Below the pieces are notes generated by a model that saw only the letters and a list, made by a program, of their open reading frames with translations, searched no databases and had not been told where the DNA came from. 64,000 nucleotides of DNA, taken from assembly GCF_009914755.1 (NCBI RefSeq), contig NC_060931.1; one strand, written 5' to 3'. This DNA is from the human T2T-CHM13v2.0 reference genome, Homo sapiens. The translations under genes were made by a program, and so were the position numbers. Each line of letters begins with the position of its first letter. Within the stretch, counting starts at the first letter, position 1. Below, piece by piece: positions 26,810-39,288 of the stretch.

Positions 26810-28363
26810 CTATATATTCAATACCACAGTAATCAAACTACAAAAGATTTACTTTATGAAATTTGTCAAATAATCTACAACTAAGTGAAAAAGAACAAAA
26901 ATAAGCAATATTTAAGAAGTACAAAAAGTGATGTGAATTGCTCTACCAATTATCAAATTATGTTATCATTTAGGATAATGAAAGAAGCGTGATTAAATAG
27001 GCAAATGGAAAACAGAAAATGAAAAATAGGCCCATGAATATACAGGAATTTCATATATAATAGAGGTGTTATTGAAGATATACGGAGGAATGATGTAATA
27101 TACAAGTTATTCTGGAACAGGTGGTTATCCATACAAGGAAAGATGAATTTAAACCTTACTTCACAATATATGTCAAAATAAATCACAAGTGAATTAAATG
27201 CTTAAATGCAAAATTCAAAATGTTAGGAGTTTTGGTAAATAATAAGGATTATATCTTCATGAACTTGGGCTATGGAAGATTTTTTTTAACAAAGAATTAA
27301 AAAACATGTTTACCCCAAATAAAAGAATAATGCATTCTACTAAAGAAACCCAACAAAAAGTAGCACAAACAGAATAAAGACATACACCACAAATTGGAAA
27401 GATATTAGCAACACACATAGCTGACAAAGGTTGGGTATCCAGAGTCTAGAAAAAACTGTTACAAATAAATAATAGCTAATCAACCAAAAAGAAATATGGA
27501 CAAAGGGCAGTTTACAGGCAACACTGGTGGCCTATAATATATCAAATATATTCAACCTCCTTAGCAACCAGAAAGAAGCAAACAAAAACTATATTGCACC
27601 ATGAGATAATATTAACATACTAGACTGGCAAAATTAAACGTATATTAAATAGCAAGTGTAGTCCTAGATGTGGAACATCTGAACACACTCATGAGCTGTT
27701 GGTGGGATCACTTATTTGGCTTAATCACTTTGGAAAGCATTTTGTTATGTTATGTAAAGTTGACATGTTGACTTGAAAACTCAGTCTTTACATTGCCAGG
27801 TATGGCAACAATCTTGCACCTAGAAAAGCAGAGACATGTTCGAGAATACAATACTGTTTGTAGCAGCACAAACACCCAGGGAAAAATTAGTGTGCATTAA
27901 TTCAAGAATGAATAAATTCTAGCCAATGAATATAATGTAATACTAGATGGCAGTGAAAGTAAATTGTCTAGATTGTGTGTCAACGTATTATCACAGACCT
28001 AATGTTGAATGAAAAAATAACATTGTAGAAAATATATAAACTAGCTGATTCCTCTTAGATACATTTCAAAGACACACAAAATTAAATACTACATAATTTA
28101 CAGATTCTTGTGTAAATGCTAAAGACTATAATGCCAAGCTAGTGAATGACAAATTTAAACTTCAGATTACACCTACCTGGGCATGACGGAGAAACAATGA
28201 GGAAATCTAAAAGAGTAACATGGACTGAGAAATTTTCAGCAATAATCTAACTCTTAAGCTGATTGGTTCAGGCAAAGGTATTCATTTTATTGCTTCTATA
28301 TATGCATTGCATATTTGTCATAAATATTGTTCTGTATAGTTCAACATTTCATTATTTAATGTA

Positions 28364-28645
28364 GCCGGGCACAGTGGCTCATGCCTGTAATCCCAACAGT
28401 TTGGGAGGCTGAGGTGGGCAGATCACTTGAGGTCAGGAATTAAAGACCAGCCAGTGACATGGTGAAAGCCTGTCTCTACTAAAAATACAAAAATTAGCCA
28501 GGTGCGGTGGTGGGGGCCTGTAATCCCAGCTACTCAGGAGGCTGAGGCAGGAGACTGCTTGAACCCGGGAGACAAAGGCTGCAGTGGGCTGAGATCATGC
28601 CACTGCACTCCAGCCTGGGAGACAGAGCAAGATCCGTCTCAAAAA

Positions 28646-28676
<31 letters not shown>

Positions 28677-28678
28677 AT
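28364..28678 (+). mobile_element. AluS with (TAAA)n tail
   Basis: Full Alu. Confidence 0.9.
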
Positions 28679-28818
28679 ACTTACTTAATGTAAAGCAGCT
28701 GCTATGTGATTTTATAAGTGTGTCAAAAGCTACTATTTGTAAAGACCGAGTTGTATGATTCCTTACCTGAGATGGAAGGGAGGGGAAGAAGCAAACTGAC
28801 AAGTTAAAAAAGTAAATA

Positions 28819-29422
28819 GAGTGTAAATTAGTTCAACCATTGTGGAAGACAGTGTGGAGATTTCTCAAGGATCTAGAACCAGAAATACCATTTGACCCAG
28901 CAATCCCATTACTGGGTATATACCCAAAGGATTATAAATCATTCTACTATAAAGAGACATGCACATACATGTTTATTGCACCACTGTTCACAATAGCAAA
29001 GACTTGGAACCAACCAAAATGCCCATCAATGATAGACTGGATAAAGAAAATGTGACACATATATTCCGTGGAATATTATGCAGCCATAAAAAAGGATGAG
29101 TTCATGTCCTTTGCAGGGACATAGATGAAGTTGGAAACCATCATTCTCAGCAATCTATCACAAGAACAGAAAACCAAACACCGCATGTTCTCCCTCATAA
29201 GTGGGAGCTGAACAATGAGAACACATGGACACAGGGAGGGGAACATCACACATGGGGCCTGTCGGGGGATGGAGGGCTAGGGGAGGGATAGCATTAGGAG
29301 AAATACCTAATGTAGATGATGGGTTGATAGGTGCAGCAAACCACCATGGCATGTGTATACTTATGTAACAAAAGTGCACATTCTGCACATGTACCCCAGA
29401 ACTTAAAGTATAATAATTTTTT
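28819..29422 (+). mobile_element. L1PA 3' fragment
   Basis: ORF2 C-terminus WKTVWRFLKDLEPEIPFDPAIPLLGIYP plus 3'UTR; TSD-like AAGTAAATA. Confidence 0.9.
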
Positions 29423-29615
29423 AAGTAAATAAATGTATGAGTGATTTTACTTAAAAAAAATAGCAAAACAGTGAGTAACAGAAAAAAAAAAAACTAAAAG
29501 CAGGCTGAAACTTACACTATTTTTAACAGCTAAAACAAAGTCTGCCCTCCTACATTCTTTGAAATTGAAATGACTCTGTCCCATGTACAGAGCATCTACA
29601 AAGGCTATGGAAAGT

Positions 29616-29629
29616 GATCACGTCACAAG
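29616..29629 (+). promoter_or_regulatory. CRE-like promoter motif of TRBV21-1
   Basis: GATCACGTCACAAG; the identical 14-mer lies upstream of TRBV23-1. Confidence 0.65.
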
Positions 29630-29711
29630 GAGGTTGCTGACGGGGGCTAGGAGAGTGGGTGAAGAAGCCTTACAGAAAAAGCTACCACTACGATTTCTTT
29701 CTGAGCCAACC

Positions 29712-30172
29712 ATGTGCCTCAGACTTCTCTGCTGTGTGGCCATTTCTTTCTGGGGAGCCAGGTAAGGCCCTGTTCTGAACTGGTTGAATTTCAGTTCCAA
29801 GACTCTCTCCGGTGGCTGCAGTATCAAGCTCCCTCCTGCGCTTTTTCTACAGCTGCTCTCTCCTTCCTCCACAGGCTCCACGGACACCAAGGTCACCCAG
29901 AGACCTAGACTTCTGGTCAAAGCAAGTGAACAGAAAGCAAAGATGGATTGTGTTCCTATAAAAGCACATAGTTATGTTTACTGGTATCGTAAGAAGCTGG
30001 AAGAAGAGCTCAAGTTTTTGGTTTACTTTCAGAATGAAGAACTTATTCAGAAAGCAGAAATAATCAATGAGCGATTTTTAGCCCAATGCTCCAAAAACTC
30101 ATCCTGTACCTTGGAGATCCAGTCCACGGAGTCAGGGGACACAGCACTGTATTTCTGTGCCAGCAGCAAAGC
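29712..30172 (+). pseudogene. TRBV21-1: TCR beta variable 21-1 (exon1 29712-29761, exon2 29875-30172), leader frameshift
   Basis: Leader is 50 nt instead of 49, so the spliced frame reaches TAG; V exon DTKVTQRPRLLVK...YFCASSK is open. Confidence 0.95.
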
Positions 30173-30210
30173 CACAGTGCCGAATGTTAGCCCTTCTTAG
30201 AACACAAACT
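30173..30210 (+). other. RSS of TRBV21-1 (22-nt spacer to the best nonamer)
   Basis: CACAGTG + 22 nt + ACACAAACT. Confidence 0.85.
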
Positions 30211-30692
30211 CATTATGGACCCAGCTCAGGAAATAAGTGTGTAGCAGGTTGGTAGGCACTACGTAACAGAAACCCAACTTGAAAGACAATAAATCAGAAG
30301 GAAAAACTTGTAAATAACAGCTCTAAGTGAGCAAAAAACAAAGGGGGGTTATTTAAAACAACTGATGGGGACAAAACCCCAGGGAAGGGGCCAGAAGGCA
30401 TAAAAAGCTTGGATTCCTCAGTGTTCAGCATATTAGGTAAGATATGCTAGGTTACCCTCTCTCTCTCTCTACATGAGCTTTATGGATTTCTAACAATCTT
30501 TATTTAAAGAAGGGGATTCTGTGCTTTTCACTTGGTAAAGTTGTGGGTGCACAAATAAGAATGACAAGCGGATCAACTGTGTCTTTCAGGTAGACCCTGA
30601 TCTTCTGACCCAGCACATTTCCTTGAACTAGAGACAGACTCTAAAGGGCTTTTTGACTGCTTCTCACAGCTCTCCCTGCCATAGAAGCCTAG

Positions 30693-31068
<376 letters not shown>

Positions 31069-32721
31069 AACAATTACGAACATTTTTAAAGCAACTCTAT
31101 TGAGACATAAGATATATATGGAATATGTATGCAATAAACAAATCCAACTGCTGCAATAAAACACACCCGCATTTTAAGTGTACACTTCAACAAATTTTAA
31201 CACATTTTTATACCCATGATGTAACCATGATGACAATCAAGATACAAAACATTTTCATCGTCTCAGAAAGTCCCTCACATCTCTTTATTGAGGTCTTGTT
31301 AATTTCTCTCAGCATCGCTTTGTATTTTTTATTATACAGATCTTATATATATTTTCCTAAATTTTATTTTAACAAGATTATAAATGTACTCAATAAAAAT
31401 ATTTTCTGCCAAGATTTCACGTCAGCCTAATTCAATTTCGTCTTTACATTTTTCAATTGACATCTCTACCTCAGTATGTTACATAAAAATACCTTCTCCA
31501 GAAATTGCATATGGTTTGGAGCAACCATATGTGAGCTCACAGCGTCAGCCTCATTCACCATGTGAACCAATCAAGTGTTAGTGCTGCTCTGTTTCCAGGT
31601 AAAATATACTTATTTACATGTATTGGAAAAGCTGTGAAATTTCTGCAAGGTGTACTTTAAGAAGAGATACATTTTGTTAATGAAAACATACCTATGCGTT
31701 AAGATTAATTAAAGGGAATATTTTGCAGTTAAGCACATGATTTGGAATGAGGGGTTGCAGCCCTGCTGGTCAAGCCTCTGAATTCCATTCTTGTTTCTCC
31801 CATAGGCCACCTTCATCAGGTCTATAGTTCTACAACACAGAGTGTCAGTAGTAGGGAACGTTGTTCATGTGAGTGCAGGGAATACTTGGGATTCTGTAGT
31901 TTCTGCTCAACTTTGCTGTGGACTTAAAATTGCTCCAAAAATACAATTCACTAATTTAAAAATGGATCCAAGTATTCAGATGGAGAATTACCATATTGGA
32001 GGCACGAAATGGGAACATACTGTTGAATCTGTTGCAATATAGGAAGAGTGTTTAATGACATAAACTTTTTCATTATTTACTCCTTTATCTAGGAAATAGG
32101 ACACTATTTAACACTGACTACAATGAGGATCTTAAATACAGTAGAACTGTCTAAATTCCATCAATAAGAATAGTGCATATATTACCAATATTGGGATCTG
32201 AGGTGTCTCAGAATTAGTAACACATAGTACTGTAGAGATTATTTTAAAACATAGTGTGGAGATAATTTTGTGATTCCATTTTAGGAATACTATTTCTGAT
32301 TACATGGTTTCTTAGCATAAAGCCTTACTCCTTCATGCAAGAGAGTATATACTATCATACTATGTCCCTGTAGTTTTCTATTCCAATAATGCTCCTCAGG
32401 AATAAAATATACATGATAATCATGATGATGATATGGATAATGATGAATATAATTGATAATGCAGACAGTATGTAGAAAGATAGATGATAGAATTTGTACC
32501 ATGTTTCCAGGACTAGAACACAATCATGGTAAGTATAATATAATACCTGTTATAATTGAAGTCTGTAAACAGTCTAAAGAAGTAGTTTAAATTGTTTCCC
32601 TTGACACCTTGACAAATCTGCAAACTACACATATAGGCTAAGTACTTCCGAGGCTATATGAACGTTCTAAAAAACATTTCCTGTCTGTGGATTCCAGCAT
32701 AATGCATATTCTCTTCTAAGG

Positions 32722-33236
32722 CAGAAGTTTTTAACCTGGGATCCGTGGACCTCCAAGGAGTGCAGAGATAAAATTCAGGGAATCAATAAATTTGAATGGG
32801 AAAATAGATCTTTATTTTAACTAACCTCCAACTGAAATATACCTTTCCTTCTATGATATAATGAGTAAACCATAGTAGTTTTAGTAATATCAGTGACAAA
32901 GTCAATGACAGAAATCACAGACATTTGCTTATATGTTGCATAGATGACAGTTGATATAAAAGTCAGATATTTTCATACCATGTTAAATGCAGTAAATATA
33001 CTTTCATCACTATGTTGAAATCATGACAGTTTTCAGATTCAGCAGGTTATATTTCATATAATGAAATTTAAAGGTGTTCCTATATTAATATATGAGAATT
33101 TAAAAAAATTGATATCTGCATTTCAAAATAATTTTCTATATTCTAGTTTATGCATTTAAAATGTTATTCTGAGATGGGGTCCTTAGGATTTACCAGTCTG
33201 ACAAAGAGGTCCCTGGTACAATGTGAAGAACTCCTG
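32722..33236. mobile_element. Charlie-type hAT remnant
   Basis: CAGAAGTTTTTAACCTGGGATCCGTGGACC...AAGAACTCCTG termini. Confidence 0.55.
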
Positions 33237-34533
33237 GACACAGAATTAGATCCTCAACGCAGGCATGATTGACAACCTGAAGCCTAGACCTACGCATTGG
33301 AAACAACTATGTTGCAAGCATTCTTTCTCAGAGTTTCACCCACACTGCCGCACCTCTTAATGCTTCTCACTCTAAATAATTACTTTATATTCTCTTTCTG
33401 TCTCTCTCCTGCTCTTTGTTTTCTCTCTCTCTCTCTCTCTCTGCCTTGTTTTTCTTCTAGGAGGGAACAGCAACAGCTTCTAAACCCCACCAGCTTGCAA
33501 CCAAAAGTTTCATCATGAAAGCATCTTTTAATTGCAGATAACCTCAGAAATAGAACAACATTTGTCTACCAAAACAAAAGCATTCATTAAGAAATCAGCT
33601 AGGATCCTATTTTTATTTACTAAAACTACTTGGAAGAACCCATGTTATACAATGAATTTACACTCATACAAATTTCTACTCAGTTGGAAAATGAGACTTT
33701 AGTCAGCTGGTACAACCCTATGACCATAAATGTCTCATTTCACTTGATACAGTATTGACTTCCTAACTTCCTGTGAATTAGAACTTCAGGTCCAGAAAGT
33801 AATAAGAGCAAACGCAAATCTAGTGTTTCTTATGTACTAAGAACTGTTCTAAATGCTTTATTTATGTAATGTTCATCACAGGTTTTGGGTAGTTACTTAT
33901 TATCTCAATTTTACAGATAAAGTGAAATTGAAGAGATGCTCTGTAACTTTTCCAAGGTTACATAGCTGCGAAATGGCAGAGACAGGACTAAAGCCCATGC
34001 CGTGTCCCAAGTCCCTGCTCTAATCCATTGTCACAAGGGAAGGGGCGCTTCAGACACTTTGCTATTCCTAAAATTGCAGGAGTAGCCCCCACCCCATCTC
34101 TACTGTATTAATTATTTATAGTGAATACAGAGGGTGTAGAGAATCGGTTCTTTAAAAAACAAAAACAAAAACAAAACCACTAAACTTCCAAACCCCTTCT
34201 TGTGTTGAGTTGAGCACAGGTGCATGGCACTCTGTGTATGACTCTGACCAGGAAGTGAGGGATTGGCTCTTCTGACCATGCAGGCAGGCACTTGTCCATT
34301 TAGAAGGGATATAAAAAGCTTCTATAAGCAGAAGAGGAGGTGCATGTGACTTGATCGCTCTAATTCTTAGTCTCACCATCTGCAAAATCAGCTGTGAAAA
34401 TCAGTCATCACGTAGCAATGACAAATTCTTTATATTAAGCCCCGGGGAGGGGCTAGATCTCAGCCCCTTCCCTTGGCCTCTCTCTCTCTCTTAGAGCCTG
34501 TGTCTGTAACTTCAGAGAGATTTTGTCGCTGCC

Positions 34534-34984
34534 ATGGGGAGCTGGGTCCTCTGCTATGTGACCCTGTGTCTCCTGGGAGCAGGTGAGCTCAGCACACATC
34601 CAGGTGGTCAATTCCTATTCTGGGCTTGCCAGGCCCTTCCCTGGCCAGCACCTCCCTTCCAGGCATGATCTCCAGCCTTTGTCTCTTGGACCCTTGGATG
34701 CTGACATCTATCAGATGCCATTCCAGCTCACTGGGGCTGGATGGGATGTGACTCTGGAGTGGAAACGGAATTTGAGACACAATGACATGTACTGCTACTG
34801 GTACTGGCAGGACCCAAAGCAAAATCTGAGACTGATCTATTACTCAAGGGTTGAAAAGGATATTCAGAGAGGAGATCTAACTGAAGGCTACGTGTCTGCC
34901 AAGAGGAGAAGGGGCTATTTCTTCTCAGGGTGAAGTTGGCCCACACCAGCCAAACAGCTTTGTACTTCTGTCCTGGGAGCGCAC
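34534..34984 (+). pseudogene. TRBV22-1: TCR beta variable 22-1 pseudogene (exon1 34534-34582, exon2 from ~34689)
   Basis: Leader MGSWVLCYVTLCLLGA; acceptor TG instead of AG; first Cys>Trp; frameshift after EGY. Confidence 0.92.
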
Positions 34985-35024
34985 CACAATGGAAGCACAA
35001 CCATTGTCTCTCTGTGCGGAAATG
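34985..35024 (+). other. Degenerate RSS of TRBV22-1
   Basis: CACAATG + 24 nt + GCGGAAATG; spacer homologous to the TRBV19 spacer. Confidence 0.75.
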
Positions 35025-36479
35025 TGTCCTCACCCTACAGCCCCCACCACATCCTCTAGCTTAATTTTTTCATTTTTAATATTTTCTTGAGATTTTACTA
35101 TGTCCTGTTACTTTTGCAAACACAAAAGATACAAAACTGAAAAGAAAATAGATCCTTTATCCAAGGAGCTAAGAGTCTAGCAATAAAGTAGTTATAACAG
35201 AATGGAAAATATAATGTATAATACTAAAATCAGAAGTCATTTGGGAGCTTTAGGGAGGACATGCCCAATTCTGTCTGATTGAATCAGAGAAAACAAAGAG
35301 GAAGTCACATTAGAACTTCACCAGCTAGACCTGGTTCTGAGTAGGGCATTCTGGGCAAAGAGAACAGCTTTTGCAAAGGCATATTAAAGAGTTTGTCACT
35401 TTGGGGAACAGTTTACAAAGAGAAAGAAGATGATCAATTTATATGAATCAAAAGAAATGGAATACATTTGAGGAAGTAGACAGAAAGGAGTTTTTGAAAA
35501 AGTTGAGTTTTTGGTTCCATGAATACAATAAGTATGAAAGTCCTTTGTAGGCTGTTGCTCAAAAGAGAGAGCTGAAGCTTCATTGTCATCAGCAGACAAG
35601 CAAACAATACAATTTTTCAATATATATATATATTTTCCTCATGTAACTTTGAAATGATACTATTTTTCCATTTTCCTCATATAACTTTGATCCTTAACAA
35701 AGGGCACAGTTTCAAACAATATGAAATCATGTTAGCAGTAGCAGTTCCCATTTGGGATAATAGGGTTCAACTGTCTATGGAACAATGAGATAAAAACTAG
35801 AAGCAGGCAACTGCATAGACAAGATGTGAAATTGAGATGCCATAAGGCTGGACTAGAGGTTGAGATTCTGCAGATTTCAGCATGTAAATAATTGAACTAT
35901 GGGGACAGAAAATTCCAACCAAATATAGATTTAGATCACAGAGATAAAAGGCATGGAAGTTAAGACTGTGGTATTCTGGTTCCTTATGGAGATTAAAGAA
36001 GCCTAAGAGTGAGGAGTGATTAGAACATGGGATGTAAAAACAAAAGAGGGAAAGAGAGAGAGTGAGAGTTTTGTTTTGTCTAGTATTTGATATTTCTAAG
36101 AAAATTCGGGAAAAAAATAAAGGTAACCCAGGCAGAAGAAGCCGCAAACACTTCTTGGGTAACAGGGAATAGTTGGTAAAATGTCATATGTTAGTTTACT
36201 GAGGTGCACAGAACCTTTTCCACTGAGGTTCCTTTTGGAAAGACACAAGACTTAGCTAAGATTCCAAGAAATCACCAAAGTAGGAAATGAAAAGCCTCCA
36301 TGAATGAAGTTGCATGAGTCTCCTACCAGTGGATAAAGGATAGGATAGGATAAAAGAATAGCTGCAAAGGATAAAAGAATAGCTGAGGCACTGAAGTAGA
36401 AGCTCCAAGTGAGAGGACTAAATCTAACAAACATGAAGAATTATTATAAAACCACAACAATAAAAGTGGTGTAATATAA

Positions 36480-37800
36480 GGGCATTGATATATAAATAGG
36501 TCCAAGGAAAAAAATACATGTTCATAAACACAGAGCAATGGTACTGCAACAATCAAAGAATATAATTTTCAATAAATGGTGATAGGAAAATTGGGTATCT
36601 ATATAAAGAAAAATAAGTGCAATTGGACACATCTCAATATATAGCCAAAATCAATCCCAGCTATATTAAAAGCATAATTGTAATAAAATCACAAGGCTTC
36701 TAGAATACTGTATAAGAGCACATCTTCATGGCCTTAAAGCAGGGAAAGAGTTCTTATTCCCTCAATCATAGGGAACAGATTGATAAAAATGGCTATATCA
36801 AAATTAACATATTGAATTTATCAATGTTAATTATGTAACAGTGACAAGATTGACTGTATAGTGACATATCATTAAATATCTATATATTTATACCAAATTA
36901 ATATCCCTATTTATATTTATATTTTCAAGAAAAGCTAGTATATAAATTTTTTAAAAACCTACAAACTAATTTTTCTACAGATCAATGAGAAAAAGGTAAC
37001 TGTCAATGGAAAAAGTGAGTGAAAACCATAAGCACCTAGCAAAATCTCACTGGTCATTAAACATGTAAATGTGGCTATATTTAATAATCAGGGAAATAGA
37101 AATTGAGTCCAACGAAATATATACCCACAAGAATGGCTACGATGATAAAAATAGTAACTATCAAGTGTTGGCAAGGCAAAGTGTCAACAAGAACTCTCTG
37201 AATCACTGGCTAGAGTGTATATCGGTAGATCCAGTTTGGAAAACAATTTGGTATTATCTAGTAAAGTTCAAGATGTGTGTACCCACTATCCATCAATTCC
37301 ACCCTTGAGAAAGGCTTTTCTAGAGAAACCCTTCTACGAAAATCAGGACAAGAATATTCACTGTAATACATCTGTCATGGCAAAAACGTATAAAATATCC
37401 AAATGTAACTTAAGAGAAGAATAAATCCTGGTTATTAAAAAGAAATTACACAGCAGTGAAAATTCATGAACTAAAACTAAACACACAAACATGAATGAAT
37501 TTCACAAATTTGAATGAAAAATTACATTGCAGAAGAAAGGTACAGTATTGTCTCGTTTGTGTAAAGTTTGAAAGCATCTAAAACTAAACACTATTTTGTT
37601 TGCTTATGTGCCTATGCATTAAAATATAAAAGAGAAGCAAATAATTACAAAAACAAACACCTCAATAGAGTTAGAGAACAGAGGCATGGAATCTGGGAAA
37701 AGAAATAAGAGCTTTCAAATATTCTGGTAATCTTTTATTTCCTGTGCCAAGTTGTTTTTTTAAGTGATCATTCTGTTGGTATTTTATCAAGTTATTATCT
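36480..37800 (+). mobile_element. Old L1ME 3' region
   Basis: Diverged L1 ORF2/3'UTR motifs; approximate. Confidence 0.6.
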
Positions 37801-38684
37801 ATATATTCAAAGTCCATTTTGTAATGTGGAGAAAACAACCTCACTGAACAATTAAATTAGTAAGGAGAAATCTATGGAAAGATATACATTAAGCTGTTAA
37901 CATTACTTACCTGAAATGAGGATGAGATGGAGGAAGAGAAAAGTAAGCGAAAAAAAAAATCATCAAAAAATGCACAATTTAAAATAAATAGTTACAGAGA
38001 GAAAAAGCAAAAAAGGGAGGTTATGTAAAAGAAGCACTAGTAAATGAACAAGCTAAAATACACCAGAAAGAGCTAGAAGGTGAAGTATTTTTCAAAGCAG
38101 TCACTAGTTTCAGAATCATAAAGATAGCAATTACAACAGAGATCTGAAATATATAAAAGATAATTAGATAACTAATAGCCAGAAGGAATGTCCAGTCTTG
38201 AGTTAGAAACTGATGCTCAAATTAATGGCAAAGGACGTTTTTGAAACAACTGTGAAACTTTGCATAAAAACTAAATAGTAGATAAGATGAAAATGCATCG
38301 ATGAGAAAGGATGATCATTAACTGAAAAAAAGCTTATCAAACAGAATTTCAAGAATATTGTTTACTAAAAAAAGTGTCTATATATCTACACATTTATATA
38401 TGGGGCAGAGAAGGATCTAGAAAGACTCACTAAGGTGTTAACAGTGATAATTGCTTTCTGGCAGTGGTATCATATTTTTATTTTGTTATTTTATTTTCTA
38501 ACTTTCTAAAATATGAGTGTATTGCTTATATTAGCAAAAATAGACATAACATATTTTTAAATGAATACAAAATAACTGAGTTATATTTCCTGAGTTAGGA
38601 TAAAAGCTTTTTTTCCCTGATACTATGAAGTGTTTTTGCTCAGGAACATGAAGCAATAACATGATGATTATAAGTCAGTGGAGG

Positions 38685-38698
38685 GATCACGTCACAAG
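38685..38698 (+). promoter_or_regulatory. CRE-like promoter motif of TRBV23-1
   Basis: GATCACGTCACAAG. Confidence 0.65.
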
Positions 38699-38752
38699 AA
38701 GGTGCAGAAAGGGGATGAAAAAGCCTCATCCCTTTGCAACGTCAATGCGATC

Positions 38753-39249
38753 ATGGGCACCAGGCTCCTCGGCTGTGCAGCCCTGTGTCTCCTGGCAGCA
38801 GATGCGCCCTGAGCACAAAAGAAAAATCCTTGTCCTGGGCTTGCCAACCAGCAGATCCAAGCTTTGTTTTGTTTTGTTTTGTTTTGTTTTGTTTTGTTTG
38901 TTAAGCTCTTTCCTGGACTCTTTCTACAGCATCTGTTTCTTTCTCTTACAGACTCTTTTCATGCCAAAGTCACACAGACTCCAGGACATTTGGTCAAAGG
39001 AAAAGGACAGAAAACAAAGATGGATTGTACCCCCGAAAAAGGACATACTTTTGTTTATTGGTATCAACAGAATCAGAATAAAGAGTTTATGCTTTTGATT
39101 TCCTTTCAGAATGAACAAGTTCTTCAAGAAACGGAGATGCACAAGAAGCGATTCTCATCTCAATGCCCCAAGAACGCACCCTGCAGCCTGGCAATCCTGT
39201 CCTCAGAACCGGGAGACACGGCACTGTATCTCTGCGCCAGCAGTCAATC
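38753..39249 (+). CDS. TRBV23-1: TCR beta variable 23-1, ORF with defective donor (exon1 38753-38801, exon2 38952-39249)
   Basis: MGTRLLGCAALCLLAA-DSFHAKVTQTPGHLVK...YLCASSQ; intron starts AT instead of GT. Confidence 0.94.
38863..38902. repeat. (TTTTG)6 microsatellite in the TRBV23-1 intron
   Basis: Six perfect TTTTG units. Confidence 0.95.
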
Positions 39250-39288
39250 CACAGCACTGAAATGTCAGTTCCTCTTAGCACACAAACT
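39250..39288 (+). other. 23-RSS of TRBV23-1
   Basis: CACAGCA + 23 nt + ACACAAACT. Confidence 0.9.

Noticed and set aside
31560-31810. Possible leader/acceptor remnant (ATGTGAACC...TTTCCAG|GT; CTCCCATAG|GCC)
   Set aside because: Too short and followed by L1 sequence; cannot be told from chance by eye
38802-38951. TRBV23-1 intron as a U12 AT-AC intron, or in-frame retention (150 nt)
   Set aside because: No ATATCC donor consensus; the leader frame hits TGA at 38810
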